A stretch of DNA of 64,000 nucleotides, taken from positions 32,001 to 96,000 of the forward strand of contig CAXXRD010000005.1 of assembly GCA_963663895.2 (NCBI GenBank), read 5' to 3'. Each line of letters opens with the position of its first letter. Position 1 is the first letter of the stretch. The translations under genes were made by a program, and so were the position numbers. The notes beneath the pieces were generated by a model. It did no database searches. It saw only the letters and a program-made list of their open reading frames with translations, and was not told the DNA's origin. This stretch comes from Dehalococcoidia bacterium. Lineage in GTDB: Bacteria > Chloroflexota > Dehalococcoidia > Bin125. Shown here one piece after another: positions 54,828-64,000 of the stretch.

Positions 54828-56093
54828 GTGCTGGCGATGCAGTTTATCCGTGAGCACCCGGATGCGGTCCGGCGTTCGCTGGCGTTACGGCATGTGGAGG
54901 CGCCGTTGGAGAAGGCTCTGTCGCTGGACAAGGATCGGCGGCGGCTGCTGGGAGAAGTGGAGGCGCTCAAGGCTGATCGAAACGAGGCCGGGAGGGCGAT
55001 CGGAAAAGCGCGGGACGGCGCCACGCGGGAGCGGCTGATCGCTGCGCAACGGGAGGTAGCGGATCGCATCGACGCCTTGGATGTCGAGCTGCGGGAGGTG
55101 GATCGGCGGCTGCGCGATGCCTTGTCGGCGATCCCGAACATGGTGGATTCGTCGGTGCCGGAGGGGACGGGAGAGGAAGACAACGTCGTGATGCGCGAGG
55201 AGGGGGAACGGCGGGTGTTCGACTTCGAGCCGAAGCCGCACTGGGAGATAGGGGAGGCGTTAGGGATCATCGAATTCGAGGCGGCGGCGGCGATGGCGGG
55301 GACGCGGATGTACGTACTGAAGGGGAAAGGCGCGCAGCTCCAGCGGGCCCTCGTGGGCTACTTCTTGGATACCCACGCTTCGAACGGCTACACGGAGGTG
55401 TATCTGCCGGCGATAGTGCGTGAGGAGTCGATGTGGGCGTCGGGGCAGCTACCGAAGTTTCGCGACAACCTGTACCACGATGCGGAAGAGGATTACTGGC
55501 TCATCCCGACGGCCGAGGTGCCGCTGACGAATCTGCACCGGGGTACGGTATTGGACGAGGCGGACCTCCCGCTGCGCTACGTCGCGCATACCCCCTGCTT
55601 CCGCCGCGAGAAAATGAGTGCGGGGCGGGACGTGCGGGGTGTCAAGCGCGTGCACCAGTTCGAGAAAGTGGAGATATATCAGTTCACGACGCCCGAACAA
55701 TCCGCCGCGGCGCACCAGGAGATGCTTGCGGCGGCCGAGCTGCTGCTCCAGGAGTTGGGGCTGGCCTACCGGGTCGTACGGCTCAGCAGCGGCGACTTGG
55801 GGTTCAGTGCCACGGCAAGCTATGACCTGGAGGTATGGTCGCCCGGTGTTGGGGAGTGGGTGGAGGTCAGCAGCATCTCCAACTGCGCCGCATTCCAAGC
55901 GCGCCGCGCCAATGTGCGGGTGCGTGGTTTGAAGCGGAAACCGGAGTTCGTGCACACGCTGAACGGCAGCGGCCTGCCGACAGGTCGTGTGCTGGCGGCG
56001 ATCTTAGAGACCTATCAGAGAGCCGATGGTGGCGTGGCGGTGCCGGATGTGCTCCAGCATCGCATGGGCCGCCTGATGCAAGTGACGCCTTAG
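54828..56093 (+). CDS. serS: Serine--tRNA ligase
   Basis: LIPTAEVP, CFRRE, HQFEKVE, FQARR and HTLNGSGL motifs. Confidence 0.96.
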   Translation: MLAMQFIREHPDAVRRSLALRHVEAPLEKALSLDKDRRRLLGEVEALKADRNEAGRAIGKARDGATRERLIAAQREVADRIDALDVELREVDRRLRDALSAIPNMVDSSVPEGTGEEDNVVMREEGERRVFDFEPKPHWEIGEALGIIEFEAAAAMAGTRMYVLKGKGAQLQRALVGYFLDTHASNGYTEVYLPAIVREESMWASGQLPKFRDNLYHDAEEDYWLIPTAEVPLTNLHRGTVLDEADLPLRYVAHTPCFRREKMSAGRDVRGVKRVHQFEKVEIYQFTTPEQSAAAHQEMLAAAELLLQELGLAYRVVRLSSGDLGFSATASYDLEVWSPGVGEWVEVSSISNCAAFQARRANVRVRGLKRKPEFVHTLNGSGLPTGRVLAAILETYQRADGGVAVPDVLQHRMGRLMQVTP

Positions 56094-56248
56094 CGGCGCG
56101 ACGCTACCGCGGGAGCGATGGCGGGGCTTGCCTGAGGGCCCGGTGACGAAGAGAGGCAGGCGGCTGGGCGGCGCATGACAGCGCGCTTGCCCAAGAGGGG
56201 CCGCACCCTTGTGGCTACGCCGATGCGCGTCGTCGGCGATTGGAGTGG

Positions 56249-56779
56249 CTAGGCGGGCACTTTGACGGGCGCGGCCTCGCGCCAGCCGGGGATCTCGAGG
56301 CCGTAAAAGTAGCCGAGGATCATGATCGCCAGGCCCTGTTTGGTCTTACCGATGCCTGGGATGGTACCGATTCGTTTCAAAACGGTGGCGGCGTCGGGCT
56401 GGTCCCTCCAGATGTTGTCGGCCTTGCCTCCGTAATCCTCGGCGATGACGGCGCATGCTTGCTGAACACGGCGGCCCATGCTTTTCGGGAAGCGATGAAC
56501 GGCGGGTTTCTCCGACATGACCTGGATGAATTCTTCCTCGGGCATCGCCGCGATGCGCTTGGGGTTGAGGTGCCCGAGGCGGCGTTTGAGCAGGTAGGGC
56601 CCCATCCAAGCTCTGGCCATCGGGATCTGCTGATCCAGCACCAGGCCGATCAGAAAAGCGTTGGCGCTGCGGCCGAGGAGCTTGTTGGCGGCGCGACTCT
56701 CTGTGAAGGGAGGGACGGGCGTGCCGTCGGCCTCGAAGGCGGGCTTGAAGTCACGGCAGAGGGCCGCCGGATCTCCCAT
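56249..56779 (-). CDS. HhH-GPD-type base excision repair family protein
   Basis: LIGLVLDQQIPMARAW, VHRFP, YGGKA..IW and IPGIGKTK motifs. Confidence 0.82.
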   Translation of the reverse strand: MGDPAALCRDFKPAFEADGTPVPPFTESRAANKLLGRSANAFLIGLVLDQQIPMARAWMGPYLLKRRLGHLNPKRIAAMPEEEFIQVMSEKPAVHRFPKSMGRRVQQACAVIAEDYGGKADNIWRDQPDAATVLKRIGTIPGIGKTKQGLAIMILGYFYGLEIPGWREAAPVKVPA

Positions 56780-57043
56780 GGCATGGTGCTCCTCTCGGAA
56801 GCGGTTTTGCGACTGGACGATTGTAACGGAGCGTGCCGCGATCCCGGTTCCGCTCGCGAGGGCAACGCGGGATGGCGGGGTCGGCTGCGCGTGGCGACGA
56901 GCGAATCGCGGAGGCGCGAGACCGCACACCCCAAGGGTTTCGCGCGCTCGGCCGAGTCTTGCCCGTAGCCGGCGCGTCGCTGTGCGCGCGGCGCACGCGC
57001 ACCAGGAGCCGAGGAGCTTGCGCCCTTCTCGCGAGCTAGAGGG

Positions 57044-58078
57044 CTAGGGCACCGGCATCCATTCGCCTCCGGCCTGAATCTCTTTGGCCTTGGGGATGAT
57101 CTCTTCTCCGACTCGCTGGGCCCGCTCGAAGAACTCGTCGACGGTACCGCTCGGGCAATCCTGGAAGAAGACCATCAGCGAGTAGCCGGCCTCGGCGAAG
57201 GCTGCGAGGTCCTCAAGGATCATCTCCGGTGTGCCCGAGCAGTTCGGGCGTCTCTTCCCCGTCGAGAGCCAGGGGTCGTCCGGCGCGGTGATGCGGCAGG
57301 ACGAGAGCCCGATCAACTGGAACTGCGAGAGGTCTTTGCCCACGCGGTCGGCCTCGCGGCGAATCTCGTCGAGGAAGTGGTCGAGGTCGTGGGGCCCGAC
57401 TTGGGGATTGGAGAAGATGGGGTAGAAGCCGTCGCAGAGACGGGCGGCGCGGCGGGCGCCGGCCCGGGACTGGCCGCCGAAGATCAAGGGCGGGTAGGGC
57501 TTCTGGACGGGCTTGGGATCCATGGAGAGGTTGGCGAAGTCGTAGAACTCTCCATGGAACTCGACGATCTCCTCCGTCCAGCAGCGCTTGTAGATCTCGA
57601 TGCACTCGTCGGTCTGATCGCCGCGGCGCTCGTAGTCGAGGCCCAGCGCTTCGAACTCCTCGATCGCCCAGCCGGCGCCGACGCCGGCGATCACGCGCCC
57701 GTTGGAGAGCCAGTCGACGGTCGCGAACTGCCGGGCGTCGTGGAGGGGTGGGCGGTAGGGCGAGATCAGGACGGAGGTGGCGAGCTTGACGCGCTCGGTG
57801 GCGACGGCGACGCCGGCCATGGTGGCGAGGGCGTCGTACATGGAGGGGCTGACGGGGTAGTGCCGCCGGCCGGTTTCCGGGTTGACGATGTTCACGTTGG
57901 TGGTCTGGCGCGGGAGGGTCACGTGGTCGGGGAACCACAGCGAATGGAAGCCCTGCCGCTCCGCGAGCTGGGCGAACGCGACCGGCTTCTGGTCCTGCGG
58001 CTCCGCGCGTTCCAGCCAGAACTCGTTTTCGTTGCGCATGAAGACCCCGTGGGTGGGCATGTAACTGCCGATCTGCAT
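57044..58078 (-). CDS. LLM class (luciferase-like, probably F420-dependent) oxidoreductase
   Basis: SLWFPDHV, LATSVL, GVGAGW..EEF and PKPVQKPYPP motifs. Confidence 0.9.
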   Translation of the reverse strand: MQIGSYMPTHGVFMRNENEFWLERAEPQDQKPVAFAQLAERQGFHSLWFPDHVTLPRQTTNVNIVNPETGRRHYPVSPSMYDALATMAGVAVATERVKLATSVLISPYRPPLHDARQFATVDWLSNGRVIAGVGAGWAIEEFEALGLDYERRGDQTDECIEIYKRCWTEEIVEFHGEFYDFANLSMDPKPVQKPYPPLIFGGQSRAGARRAARLCDGFYPIFSNPQVGPHDLDHFLDEIRREADRVGKDLSQFQLIGLSSCRITAPDDPWLSTGKRRPNCSGTPEMILEDLAAFAEAGYSLMVFFQDCPSGTVDEFFERAQRVGEEIIPKAKEIQAGGEWMPVP

Positions 58079-58098
58079 CGCCTGTTCCTTTCCGCTGA

Positions 58099-59031
58099 CT
58101 AGGGCTGCAGTGCGAGGAGCGCGCCGCGGATTTCGGCCGCGCGCTCAATGGTCTCTTCGAGAGTGGCCTGGACGGGGATGAGGCTGAAGTGCCGAGCGCC
58201 GAGCGCAACGTAGGGGGCAAGGTGCTCCGCGATCTCCTGTGCTGAACCGTAGGGCGTGTAGCGCTCGAAGCGATCGAAGGGGATGCGGTAAACGTCCTCC
58301 ATGGCGGCGGCGACTCGTGTGCGGGCCGCGCCGCGATGATCGTCAACGCTGGTCCACACTTGGAGGCCGAGTTCGACGGCGCTGGCATCGCGGCCGGCTT
58401 CCGTGGCCGCTGCCGCGATCGTCTCCGCGGCGCTGCGGAAACGATCGCGGGAAAGCCAGATGCCGGTATAGCCGTCGGCGAGGCGGCCGGCGCGCTCAAG
58501 GGCTGCGGTGCTGCGACCGCCGATGTGGATGGGGATGGGGCGGGTGGGCTTGGGGTTCATGCTGATGTCGCGCAGCTGATAGTGGTCGCCTTCGAAGGTG
58601 ACGTGGTCCCGGCTCCAGAGCAGCCTGATGATCTGAATCGCCTCATTGGTGCGGGCGCCGCGGGTGTGGACATCGACGCCGCAGGCCTCGAACTCCTTGG
58701 GATCCTCCCCGCCGACGCCGATGCCGAAAATGAGCCGGCCGCCGGAGAGCTGGTCGAGTTGCGCGGCTTGTAGGGCGACCGGCGAAGGATGGCGCAGCGG
58801 CAGCAGATAGACGCTGGTCTTGAGCTCGATCCGCTCGGTGACGGCGGCGATGGCGGCGAGCGTGAGGAGGCCGTCCGTGCCCTTGCCGTAAAAGGTGACG
58901 TGGTCGCCGGTGTGGATGCCGTCGAGGTTGGCGGCCTCGGCGCGACGACCGGCTTCGAGGGCTTGCTTGGGATCGCGCGCGGTTGCGGCACCCCAGCCGC
59001 GCGCTGTGACCCCGACCTTGAGATTGACCAT
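58099..59031 (-). CDS. LLM class flavin-dependent oxidoreductase
   Basis: TGDHV, LPLRHP, LSGGRLIFGIGVGGE and PIHIGGRS motifs. Confidence 0.9.
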   Translation of the reverse strand: MVNLKVGVTARGWGAATARDPKQALEAGRRAEAANLDGIHTGDHVTFYGKGTDGLLTLAAIAAVTERIELKTSVYLLPLRHPSPVALQAAQLDQLSGGRLIFGIGVGGEDPKEFEACGVDVHTRGARTNEAIQIIRLLWSRDHVTFEGDHYQLRDISMNPKPTRPIPIHIGGRSTAALERAGRLADGYTGIWLSRDRFRSAAETIAAAATEAGRDASAVELGLQVWTSVDDHRGAARTRVAAAMEDVYRIPFDRFERYTPYGSAQEIAEHLAPYVALGARHFSLIPVQATLEETIERAAEIRGALLALQP

Positions 59032-59293
59032 GGCGTTGCTCCAGCGGCGCAGGGTACTGCGGCGCGAGCGCGTATGGGGAGGGTTTCTAGGATGGCATAA
59101 CGCGATGGGTGTGGCCGCACGATCAGAAACCTAGGGGGTTGCGGGTCTGACTGCGCGGTTGACGGCCATCCTGCGGGAGCGCACGCAGGCCGTCATTGTA
59201 TGTACTGCGCGGGTTGGCGAGCTACCACAGTTGGCGGTGATGACGTTCAGGGAAGGTCACTCATTGAGTGAGGCTCCGCCGTAAACTGGCCGG

Positions 59294-59929
59294 GTGAACG
59301 CGCAGTACGACCCGGAACCGTTTAGCGTCGCGATCCTGGCGGGCGGTTTTGGGAAGCGACTGGGGATGGAGAAGGCTCGGGCCCTCGCTGCCGGCCGTCC
59401 GTTGCTGCACTGGACTGCCGCAGCGGTCGCGTGTCTGACGGACGATCTGATCGTGGTGCGCCGGGTGGATCAGACGATAGCGAGGGCTGAGGGGGTTGTC
59501 TGGCGGGAAGCGGTCGACCGGGAGGCGGAGCGAGGACCCCTGGCCGGGATCGAAGCGGCGCTTGGGGCTGCTCGGCACGACTTGCTGCTCGTGTTCGCGT
59601 GCGACATGCCGCTCTTGCGGCCGGCGCTGGTGCGATTGCTGGCGCGGGCGGCGGTTGGCGTTGACGTCGCGATTCCGGTAGTCGAAGGACGGGCGGAGCC
59701 GCTCGCGGCCGCTTATCGTATGAGTTGCCTGGAGTCCGTGCGAAGCGCGTTGGCCACCGGCGAGGGCCGTCCGGTCGCGATTCTCAAGGAGCTGTGGGTT
59801 CGGCGATTGACCGCGGCGGAATTGCGTGTGGCGGACCCGCGTCTGGTGTCGCTGACGAACGTCAACTATCCAGAAGATCTGGAACGAGTCGAACGGGAAT
59901 TGGAAGCGCGCGCCGCGGCGAATTCGTGA
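59294..59929 (+). CDS. mobA: Molybdenum cofactor guanylyltransferase
   Basis: ILAGG..KRLG, GPLAGI, ACDMP, EPLAAAY and NVN.PED motifs. Confidence 0.9.
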   Translation: MNAQYDPEPFSVAILAGGFGKRLGMEKARALAAGRPLLHWTAAAVACLTDDLIVVRRVDQTIARAEGVVWREAVDREAERGPLAGIEAALGAARHDLLLVFACDMPLLRPALVRLLARAAVGVDVAIPVVEGRAEPLAAAYRMSCLESVRSALATGEGRPVAILKELWVRRLTAAELRVADPRLVSLTNVNYPEDLERVERELEARAAANS

Positions 59930-59951
59930 GCGGCATAGAGGAGGCCGAGCA

Positions 59952-60272
59952 ATGTACCGACGCGTATTCCGGGGGCAGGTGGCGCCGGGACGCCACGGCG
60001 AGTTCTTGGCGGCAGTGGAGGAGGCGCTTCTCTACCAGCATCAGCGCGGGATCCGTGCCCGCTACTCGGTCTGGGACGCGCTCACGGGGCGCGCGAGCGA
60101 GGTAGAGATCGTCTCGGAATTCGAGTCGTTGCAGGACTTGGAGCAATTCGAGGAGCTCGTGGCACAGGACCAGGCTTTTGCGGGCATCCGGCAGCGCGTA
60201 CGGGCGGCGATGATGTTCGAGAGTACGATGGTCACGTTGTACCGCCAGCTGGACGTGAGCCCGACGAGCTAG
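59952..60272 (+). CDS. Hypothetical protein (NIPSNAP/dimeric alpha-beta barrel-like)
   Basis: GGAGG SD; LTG...EFESL..LE pattern. Confidence 0.65.
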   Translation: MYRRVFRGQVAPGRHGEFLAAVEEALLYQHQRGIRARYSVWDALTGRASEVEIVSEFESLQDLEQFEELVAQDQAFAGIRQRVRAAMMFESTMVTLYRQLDVSPTS

Positions 60273-61847
60273 GCGCCGCCGGCGGCCTCGCGCGTGGGGA
60301 GGAGTCCGAGCGTTGCGCTCCATTCCTCCTGCACGCGGGCGACGGCGGCCGCATCGGTGCCGATCACGGCCCAGACTTCCGTGTCGTTCCTCGCCACCCA
60401 GATCGAGCGATTACCGTCGGTGGCGGTGACGGCACCGCCGGCCGTGAGCTCGACGACGTTGTCCGCGGTTTCGCTCAGGAGCCGGGCATACTGCTCGAAG
60501 AACTCACTGGCGTCCTGACGCGTGTCCCACGCGGTGTGCCATGCGAGCAGGCTGGTGTCGTTGGGTCCGATATAGAGGCTAAGGCGGTCGCCGCCCCAGC
60601 CGGCGCCCGCGCGGGCGGCGTCTGCACGGGGAAGGAAGTGGTCTAGATACTCGGTGATGATGAACTCGCCGATGGTGTCGTGACCGATCGGCAGCCAGTC
60701 GGCGCCGCTAAGCGCCGTGCGGAGATCGGGGTTGGGAAGGACGATGGGCTCCAGCGACGCGGGGTCGGCCGGAGGGTCGATGGAGTGGAGGAGTTGCTCG
60801 GTGGACTTAGGAGATATGGCAAGGACGCCATTAATGCCCTCGAACCCGGATCTGTCGCGGATATGAGCGGCGATCAAGGCGCCTTCGATGTAGGGAGAGA
60901 AGAAGATCTCTTTAACGATGGTTGGGGATGGCCAGGCGCGGGGCGGGCAGGACGTCTAGTGCAGTGGGGAGTTGTGGTCCGTACCGTTCGATGAGGTCCC
61001 TGAAGAGACTTTCGGCGACTGTGGCATCGCCTTCGACGATAAAGCGGAAGGCGAGGCGAGCGTCGGAGTTGCCGGAGAGTTCCTCGAACGTGTCTCCGAT
61101 CTGAAAGTGCTGGTCCTGCAAGGCGTGTATGAACTCGTGGGTAACGGTGTCGAGATCACGGGAGGAGAGGCCGTCGTTGCCGCTAACGATGACGAAGGAT
61201 GCGATATCCGGATCGTAAAAGCCAAGCACCCCGCTCTCGATCAGGTCCCGTTGCAGCTCGACCAAGCTGTCCTTCTCGTCGAGCAGGCCGAGGAGCCGGA
61301 GGGCGAACTCGGAGGCAAGATCCTCGCGCCGATCGGCATCGTCGGTGCCGGATTCGAAGTAGGTGACGATGTCGCTTCGGCGGATGAGGTAGACGGGGAC
61401 TTCTCGGAGAAGTGGAAGGCCGCGCCGCTCGGCGACGGTTTGCCCGATTTCGTTCAGGATCTCTTTGTCCGCCGGGTCGGTCAGCGCGATGAGCAGGTCT
61501 ACTCGAAGTCCCGGTGGGGCGCTTTCGAGGCTGGGCGCGGGGACTACGGGTTCGCCGGCATCCGGTGGAGAGGGTGGTTCAACGGGTTGGGGAGGAGGGC
61601 GCTCGTTAGGGGGCGGTTGCGCGACGAGGGGCGGCTCGGCGGATGTGGGCGATATGGGAGGCGATTGGGCGTCAGGAGGTGGTTCGTTGGTGGCTGGCGG
61701 TGCGGGCGGCGGCTCGATGTCCTCCCAGGCTTGCTGGCGGGGAGCTTCGCTGGCGCGGGGCGGGGGGTCCTCACCGCAAGCAGTGAGGAGGAAGGCGAGC
61801 GTCGTGGCGAATGCGATGCAGGCAGCAGGGAAACGAAGGACCGCCAT
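60269..61847 (-). pseudogene. Zincin-like lipoprotein (HEFIHALQDQHF), split by a frameshift near 60920
   Basis: Lipobox LTAC, GFYDP, HExxH and EGDA; the alternate frame continues IVKEIFFSPYIEG...PKSTEQLLH...GWGGD. Confidence 0.78.
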
Positions 61848-61922
61848 TGGAGAGAGCTCCGTTTATATACTCAAGGTAGCCAGTCGGCGAGCGCAGACCG
61901 CGATCGGAGTAAAGAGGAGAAC

Positions 61923-62180
61923 GTGATAGTCGAGCGCGACGCGAGTGTGGTAGCGGAGTATCGGGAAGCGTGGGACGCTTGGCAATTGCAGTTAGAGAGG
62001 GTGCACCAGACGTTTCTGGATGGTGTGCCGTTGGGGGCCCCGCAACTCAAAGGGTTGCTGAACCGGGAGACGCGCGCCAAGGAACGCTACGACGCGGCGC
62101 GGCGCAAGCTGCTGGGTCTGCCCTATACAGGAGCGGAAGCGGATGGATTCGCGATCCCTCCCGGACCGCCGGCGCGGTAG
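61923..62180 (+). CDS. Small hypothetical protein
   Basis: GAGGAG SD before GTG 61923; helical 85-aa product. Confidence 0.6.
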   Translation: MIVERDASVVAEYREAWDAWQLQLERVHQTFLDGVPLGAPQLKGLLNRETRAKERYDAARRKLLGLPYTGAEADGFAIPPGPPAR

Positions 62181-62395
62181 GGGCCTGCGGCGGTGGTGGA
62201 TTTGGTGATAGCGACGCCGCGGTCGCGCCGATCCCGTGGGATCCGCCAGTGGTGAGAGCATTGCGTCCGGATCCCTCGACGTTGGGCTCGTGCTCGTTGG
62301 GGGACAGAAAATTGATCGGGCCGAATTGGCAGCCGTAGACTGACTACAGCGCGCGAGGGGCGACCTGCGAGTCGCTCGCGCGGCACGGGGATGCC

Positions 62396-62842
62396 GTGGA
62401 CGAATACGGGGTCGATCTAGACGAGATCGGGCGCGTCATTGATGCGGCGGAGGTGTTGGTGGTGCGCTTCCAGGTGGTGGAGGCGCGGCTGTTGCTCGAT
62501 TTTCGAACGTCGCCCAGCGAGGAGCCGCTGGTCAAGGTTGTTCCACGTGCCGGGTCGGTGGAGGAGCGCTTCCGTAGCCTGAAGAAGCTGCGCCCGGCTT
62601 TCCCCCTGCCCGATCGGATTCTTTCCTTCCTGTGGCCGCGTGGCGTGCTGGCACTGGAAGAGTCCGGCGTCCTTGGTCGATTGGAGCGTCGCTTGGGCGA
62701 GTTGGGCGGCGCGGCGGCGCAGACCGCGTGCACAGAGGCCTATGACGAGCTGCGGCGCGAGGAGTCGGCGATGCTCGTGGCGGCGATCCGGGGTGGTGAC
62801 GGGTTTCAGACCTTGTGGCAGCGGGATCCCGAGATTGACTAG
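62396..62842 (+). CDS. Conserved hypothetical protein
   Basis: Protein-like 148-aa ORF (RLLLDFR...[12 protein letters not shown]) directly before ltaE. Confidence 0.7.
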   Translation: MDEYGVDLDEIGRVIDAAEVLVVRFQVVEARLLLDFRTSPSEEPLVKVVPRAGSVEERFRSLKKLRPAFPLPDRILSFLWPRGVLALEESGVLGRLERRLGELGGAAAQTACTEAYDELRREESAMLVAAIRGGDGFQTLWQRDPEID

Positions 62843-62858
62843 CGCAGTGGGGCCTGCT

Positions 62859-63908
62859 GTGGCGATCGACCTGCGTAGCGACACCGTCACGCAGCCGACG
62901 CCGGCTATGCGGCGTGCAATGGCGGAGGCGGTGGTAGGAGATGACGTCTTCGGCGAGGACCCAACCGTCAATGCGCTGGAGATGGAGGCGGCGCGGCGGT
63001 TGGGCAAAGAGGCTGCGCTGTTCGTCGCAAGCGGGACGATGGGGAATTTGGTTGCGCTCCTGACGCACTGCGAGGCGGGCGATGAGGTGCTCGTGGGCGA
63101 TCAGGCGCACATTTTTCAGCGTGAAGTGGGGGCGGCGGCGCGCGTAGCGGGTTTGATGATCAGCACACTGCCAAACGAGTCCGATGGAGGATTCGATCCG
63201 GAGCGTGTGCGCCGGATGGTGCGCGGATCGGACTTGCACGAACCCCGGACTCGCTTACTGACGCTGGAGAACACGCACAACTATCTGGGTGGGGCGGTGC
63301 TGAGCGTTGCGCGGACGCGTGCACTCACTGATATCGCGCGGGAGATGGGTCTGCGCAGCCATTTGGATGGGGCACGGATATTTAATGCCGCGTTGGCGGC
63401 GGATGCGTCGGCGGCGGAGCTTGCGGCGAGCTGTGATTCGGTGGGGTTCTGCCTGTCAAAGGGGTTGGCGGCGCCGGTGGGATCGCTGCTCTGCGGAGAG
63501 GCGCCTTTCATTGAGCGCGCGCGCAAGTATCGCAAGATGCTGGGTGGTGGCATGCGCCAGGCGGGGGTGCTGGCGGCGGCGGGCTTGGTGGCGCTGCGTG
63601 AGATGGTGTCGCGGCTGGAGGCGGACCACGCCAACGCGCGCCGCTTGGCCTGGGGCTTGGCGGAGCTCGGCCTGCCGGTCGACGTGGAGGGCGTCCAGAC
63701 GAACATCGTGGTGGTGCCGGTTCCCGGCGGCGCGGGGCAGGCTTTCCAGCGCGCGCTGGCGGAGCGGGGAGTGCTGGCGACGGTGATTAGTAGTGGGCGG
63801 GCGCGGTTCGTGACGCACTATGGGATCGAAGAGCAGGACGTGGACGAGGCGCTGAGCCGGGTAGAGGCCGTGTTACCGGAGCGGTTTGTGAAGGCTGTTG
63901 CGGAGTGA
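62859..63908 (+). CDS. ltaE: Low-specificity L-threonine aldolase
   Basis: [36 protein letters not shown] and CLSKGL motifs. Confidence 0.94.
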   Translation: MAIDLRSDTVTQPTPAMRRAMAEAVVGDDVFGEDPTVNALEMEAARRLGKEAALFVASGTMGNLVALLTHCEAGDEVLVGDQAHIFQREVGAAARVAGLMISTLPNESDGGFDPERVRRMVRGSDLHEPRTRLLTLENTHNYLGGAVLSVARTRALTDIAREMGLRSHLDGARIFNAALAADASAAELAASCDSVGFCLSKGLAAPVGSLLCGEAPFIERARKYRKMLGGGMRQAGVLAAAGLVALREMVSRLEADHANARRLAWGLAELGLPVDVEGVQTNIVVVPVPGGAGQAFQRALAERGVLATVISSGRARFVTHYGIEEQDVDEALSRVEAVLPERFVKAVAE

Positions 63909-64000
63909 GGGGCCGGTGGCGGCAGCGCCTGCTCGCCGTCTGTGCGGTAGTGGTTGTCCTCGCCGTTGCCTGTAGCGAGGAGTCCGAGTTTCCCGATCCT

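Overview
High-GC bacterial chromosomal window of mostly core and metabolic genes. The gene content (tandem SDR paralogs, LLM oxidoreductases, PAC2 proteins, extended GreA, LysM proteins) suggests Chloroflexota/Dehalococcoidia, which is an inference. It holds tRNA-Glu, Prx5, MscS, a frameshifted aldehyde:ferredoxin oxidoreductase, four tandem SDRs, an Fe(III) ABC transporter, an ECF sigma/anti-sigma pair, nadE, a complete A2-type caa3 oxidase operon with heme biosynthesis genes, citrate synthase, two greA-family genes, rsmG, leuS, coaD/rsmD, lysS, serS, mobA and ltaE. No intact mobile element or CRISPR array was seen. The strongest hidden signal is a ferredoxin:thioredoxin reductase catalytic subunit whose CHC motif reads CH-TGA, followed by an fdhF-like SECIS hairpin and 72 more open codons, so it is a probable selenoprotein coupled to a PAC2 gene. 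Other points of interest: a phage-structural-like insertion in oxidase subunit II, an unknown oxidase-operon leader protein with duplicated TM hairpins, a recombinase-core-binding-like domain fused to GreA, NrtR-like and Rex/CRP-like operators, probable CTG and ATC start codons, and a G/C strand-bias switch near 45.5 kb (candidate oriC). All calls come from reading the sequence and motifs by eye; no database searches were run.
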